From: Anaeramoeba ignava BMAN
Lineage: Eukaryota > Protista > Anaeramoebae
DNA: 64,000 nucleotides
Reading direction: 5' to 3'
Assembly (NCBI GenBank): GCA_028826165.1
Contig: JAPDFW010000143.1
Location: forward strand, 1-64,000
A program made the position numbers and the translations under genes. Shown here one piece after another: positions 60,314 through 64,000 of the stretch (positions are counted from its first letter, which is position 1; each line of letters begins with the position of its first letter). The notes under the pieces are model-generated. The model was given only the letters and a program-made list of their open reading frames with translations, was not told the DNA's origin and searched no databases.

Positions 60314-62170
60314 TCATTTACGTTCTCCTAAATTATTTCCTTTAGGATCAAGAAAATTCTCAATAACAGCTTTGACAACATTATCCAAAATTGATCTAAT
60401 TTTCTCAGGATCATCTTTACCAGACATTTCAATATAATACTTGATTTTAGGTTCAGTTCCTGAAGTTCTAAGAGTAACAATACAACCATTATCAAGAGTA
60501 AAGGTGATCATTTGGGAACTTTTGCTGCAAGGAAGAATAGGAACCAAATCAGGTTTTGAATTGTCATAACAAACAGTCAAATCTCTTATGAATTTAATAG
60601 GAAAATCACCGCAGAATTTAGGATAATTTCCATCATTTCTAATCTTGTTGAAAATCGAGGAGATTGTGACAGGATCGTAACAGAAAAAATAACTGTTTTC
60701 AAAAATAAAATGTCCGTATTTTTGGTGAATTCGGGACAATTTTTCGGTTAAATCCATTCCAAATCCGGCAAGATAATTTGCCATTTGGGAAATAAGAACA
60801 GCAGCACTAATACCGTCTTTATCTGGTACAATAAGACTTGACATGTAACCGATGCTTTCCTCGAAACCAAATACGCAATGAAAACCTTTTTTCTCGAGAT
60901 CAAAACCTTTATTTGCGATCCACTTAAAACCAGTGAGAGTTTCTTCATATCGAATTCCTTCTGCTTGAGCAAACGCAGAGAGCATACCGGATGAGACAAC
61001 TGTTGAGACCATGAGGAGTTTGGAAGGATCGATGTCTTTGTTTGACTTCTTCAGGTTCATGAGAAGCCACCAAGCAAGAAGAATTCCGACGTCATTTCCA
61101 TGAAGAAATTTCCACTTTCCATGGGATTTTTCAACAACAGCAATACGATCCGCATCGGGGTCGTTAGCAAGAATGAGATCACAACCTGTTCTCTCTGCGG
61201 TTTCGATCGCGAGCTTGAGTGACTCTTTCCCTTCTTCAGGATTTGGATACTCGACAGTGGGGAATTCTGGGTCGGGTTCGACTTGTTCTTTGACAGGCTC
61301 GATTTTTTGGATATCACAAGCCTGACAAGCCTTCTTAAACCACCGGTACCCGACACCATGCATTGCTGTGTAGGTGATTTTGCGGTCTGTTTGGGGATTG
61401 CTTTTGTAGTTTGTTGGAAGTTGCGATTGAAGATATTCATAATATTTATGATCAAATTGATTTTCAATTAAATTGACAATTAAGGGGTTTTTTTTGAGAT
61501 CAATTTGCTCGATTTCCCAGATATCAAGATTGGCTTCTATGCATCTTGAAATACCGACATCATGCGGGGAGATGATCTGCGCGCCATTATCCCAATAAAC
61601 CTTATATCCGTTATCGTTTTTTGGATTATGAGAAGCTGTCACCATGACACCAGCGGCTGTCTTAAGTTGAGTTATAGCAAACGGTACAAAGGGCGTAGGT
61701 ACGGGTTCGCTATAATAAAACACCTTGATTTTTTGCGATGCGAAAATCCGTGCTGAAATCTCGGCAAAAGTCTGTGAATTATTCCGAGCATCGAATCCAA
61801 TCACAACTCCCAGTTCGCGTATTTTGTCCTTGAATTGCTCTTCTAAATATCTTACCAGTCCTTGCGCTGTTTGTGCTACAGTAATCTCGTTCATTTGTGA
61901 GTATCCTGCTCCCATCCTTGCTCTGAGCCCGGCTGTCCCGAACGATAGTCGTTGTCCAAATATTTTCTTTAATCCTTTTGTGTCATTTTTTGATACTAAT
62001 TCTTTAACTTCTTTTTTTGTTTCTTCGTTTTTATCAATTTTTAGCCATTTTTCTGCTTCTCTATATATTGATGTTTTGTATTTGTAGATTGCTATACCGC
62101 TTGCTATTGCTACTACTGCTCCTGCAACTGTTTTTTTGTTATTTTTGATGTAATTGAAAATGGATTGCAT
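60314..62170 (-). CDS. PGM2: Alpha-D-phosphohexomutase, PGM2/phosphopentomutase type, with N-terminal hydrophobic anchor
   Basis: FGTAGLR, TASHNP phosphoserine loop, DPDADR metal loop, FEESIGY, LRTSGTEPKIKYY; intronless. Confidence 0.92.
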   Translation of the reverse strand: MQSIFNYIKNNKKTVAGAVVAIASGIAIYKYKTSIYREAEKWLKIDKNEETKKEVKELVSKNDTKGLKKIFGQRLSFGTAGLRARMGAGYSQMNEITVAQTAQGLVRYLEEQFKDKIRELGVVIGFDARNNSQTFAEISARIFASQKIKVFYYSEPVPTPFVPFAITQLKTAAGVMVTASHNPKNDNGYKVYWDNGAQIISPHDVGISRCIEANLDIWEIEQIDLKKNPLIVNLIENQFDHKYYEYLQSQLPTNYKSNPQTDRKITYTAMHGVGYRWFKKACQACDIQKIEPVKEQVEPDPEFPTVEYPNPEEGKESLKLAIETAERTGCDLILANDPDADRIAVVEKSHGKWKFLHGNDVGILLAWWLLMNLKKSNKDIDPSKLLMVSTVVSSGMLSAFAQAEGIRYEETLTGFKWIANKGFDLEKKGFHCVFGFEESIGYMSSLIVPDKDGISAAVLISQMANYLAGFGMDLTEKLSRIHQKYGHFIFENSYFFCYDPVTISSIFNKIRNDGNYPKFCGDFPIKFIRDLTVCYDNSKPDLVPILPCSKSSQMITFTLDNGCIVTLRTSGTEPKIKYYIEMSGKDDPEKIRSILDNVVKAVIENFLDPKGNNLGERK

Positions 62171-62610
62171 TTTTTTTTTTCTTTTTTGAAAAATGAAAAA
62201 AAATTAAAAAAAAAAATAAATAAAAATCAAAATTCCACAAAAATTTTTCAAAAAGAAAAAAATTAACGAATTAAAAAAAAATAGCAAATAAGATTAAAAT
62301 TAAAAAAAAAATAAGATTAAGATTAAAAATAAAAATAAAATTAAAAATAAAATTAAAATTAAAATTAAAATAATAAAATTAAAATAAGATTAAAAAAAAG
62401 TGGAATAAAAATTTTCAATAAATTTTTCAAAAATAAAATCAAACTTAAATAAGATTAAAATTAAAAATAAAATAAAAAAATAAAAAAAATAAGATTACAA
62501 AAAGAACAAAAAGAAATTTTTCAAAAAAATCAAAAAATAAAAAATAAAAATAAAAAAAAAAAAATAAAAGAAAAAAAAAATAAAAGAAAAATAAAAGAAA
62601 AGAAAAGAAA

Positions 62611-63264
62611 TCAATTATTAGCAACATATTCAACAGCATTAGCAATCAATCGAGCACCATCAGAAGAACTAAGCCAACAAGTAGGATTAACCTTATTAGA
62701 AACTGGCCAAATATTAAGAACAACAACAATACCGAAACCTTCCTTCATTCTTTTCTCAGAAACCAAGTGATTTCCGTTATCCCATTTAGCAATTAATTTA
62801 GCATTAGGATCCAAATCAGAACTTATATGGGCTGAATTTTTTCCACCATCAAAAGATCTAACACCTTGAATAATTGGATGATCTTGATCAACAATATCCC
62901 CCAATTTATGTCTTTCGCCGGAAACATTAACTCCACGTGTTACTGGGAAAAATGATTCTTCAGCTATTCTGCCTTGTAAAATATAGTGCTTTACATCCTC
63001 AATTAGCACTGAACTTCCTACTACTAATCCTTTTCCTGATTCAACATATTCTGCTAAGTTGTTCCCTATTTGGATTGGATCTTGATACCCGTCAAAATAT
63101 GAATATGTGAAGATTCCATCAAATTGCATTAGTTTTTCTATTGTGGGTGTTTCGTTGCATACAAATAATATTTCAACATCTTTGATTCCTGTTGATTCAA
63201 TTGATTTCTTTACATCATTACTCCAATTAATATTATCGTTTGCAACTAAAAGAGCGATTTTCAA
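62611..63264 (-). CDS. Terminal exon encoding an alpha/beta domain of uncertain function (class I glutamine amidotransferase-like fold suspected)
   Basis: ORF begins TTG directly after an AAAAG acceptor (63265-63266); IGNNLAEYVESGKGLVV, HPIIQGV, LIAKWDNG, GARLIANAVEY; upstream intron runs off the window. Confidence 0.65.
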   Translation of the reverse strand: MKIALLVANDNINWSNDVKKSIESTGIKDVEILFVCNETPTIEKLMQFDGIFTYSYFDGYQDPIQIGNNLAEYVESGKGLVVGSSVLIEDVKHYILQGRIAEESFFPVTRGVNVSGERHKLGDIVDQDHPIIQGVRSFDGGKNSAHISSDLDPNAKLIAKWDNGNHLVSEKRMKEGFGIVVVLNIWPVSNKVNPTCWLSSSDGARLIANAVEYVANN

Positions 63265-64000
63265 CTTTTTTTTATATAAATCAAATCAAATTAAATCAAA
63301 TTAAATTAAATTAAAATAAAATATTATTAAATATTATTAAATTAAATATTATTAAATTAAATATTATTAAATATTATTAAATTAAATATTTATAAATTAA
63401 ATATTTATAAATTAAATATTATTAAATATTATTAAATATTATTAAATATTTATAAATTATATAATTATAAATTAAATATTTATAAATTAAATATTTATAA
63501 ATTAAATATTTATAAATTAAATATTTATAAATTAAATATTATTAAATTAAATATTAATAAATTAAATATTATTAAATATTTATAAATTAAATAATTTTGA
63601 ATTAAATATTTTAAATTAAAAATATTAAATTAAATATTTATAAATTAAATATTATTGAATTAAATATTTATTAAATTAAATATTAAATTAAATATTAAAT
63701 ATTTATAAATTAAATATTTTGGATTAAATATTATTAAATTAAATATTAATAAATTAAATATTATTAAATTAAATATTAATAAATATTATTAAATTAAATA
63801 TTATTAAATTAAATATTATTGAATTAAATATTATTAAATTAAATATTTATAAATTAAATATTTTTAAATTAAATATTATTAAATTAAATATTTATTAAAT
63901 TAAATATTTTTGGATTAAATATTTATAAATCAAATTGAATTAAATATTATTAAATTAAATATTATTAAATATTATTAAATTAAATATTATTAAATTAAAT
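63265..64000 (-). repeat. Satellite-filled intron (ATTAAATATT-type), truncated by the window end
   Basis: Tandem A/T units upstream of the acceptor. Confidence 0.75.

Noticed and set aside
61057-62087. Overlapping ORFs within PGM2
   Set aside because: Alternative-frame or antisense by-products of higher GC; no motifs

Overview
Extremely AT-rich, gene-dense eukaryotic nuclear DNA with standard genetic code and GT-AG spliceosomal introns. Poly-(NQ) tracts, expanded BTB/RCC1/TLDc genes, an MLS-type organellar presequence and TCATTTT initiator-like motifs suggest an anaerobic metamonad such as Anaeramoeba (inference). About 22 genes were reconstructed by hand-splicing. The first ~10 kb holds an intronless block: Ig-like-repeat/BTB, RCC1-BTB, a divergent actin and BTB-TLDc. 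Then follow DUF445, an AGFG-type ArfGAP, a nitroreductase, an RPA70N-like/propeller/zinc-finger protein, Lines, Rab7, Hsp110, Yak1, Sar1, a large low-complexity repeat protein, an SP-RING/LC8 fusion, a TQT-rich protein, RPS27, a GRAM protein, DTWD1, a GCK-III pseudokinase, an N-anchored PGM2 and the last exon of a gene that runs off the window. Most long ORFs in the track (IKIK, LILI, FDFD, NYNI) are microsatellite artefacts. Several homopolymer or repeat frameshifts look like long-read consensus errors. The most notable observations are the in-frame spliced SP-RING (SUMO E3-type)-dynein light chain LC8 fusion next to a TQT-rich protein, the RPA70N-like domain fused to a non-RPA protein, kilobase introns filled with AG-avoiding microsatellites, a loop-diversified Ig-like repeat BTB adaptor, and tandem initiator-like motifs before most start codons.
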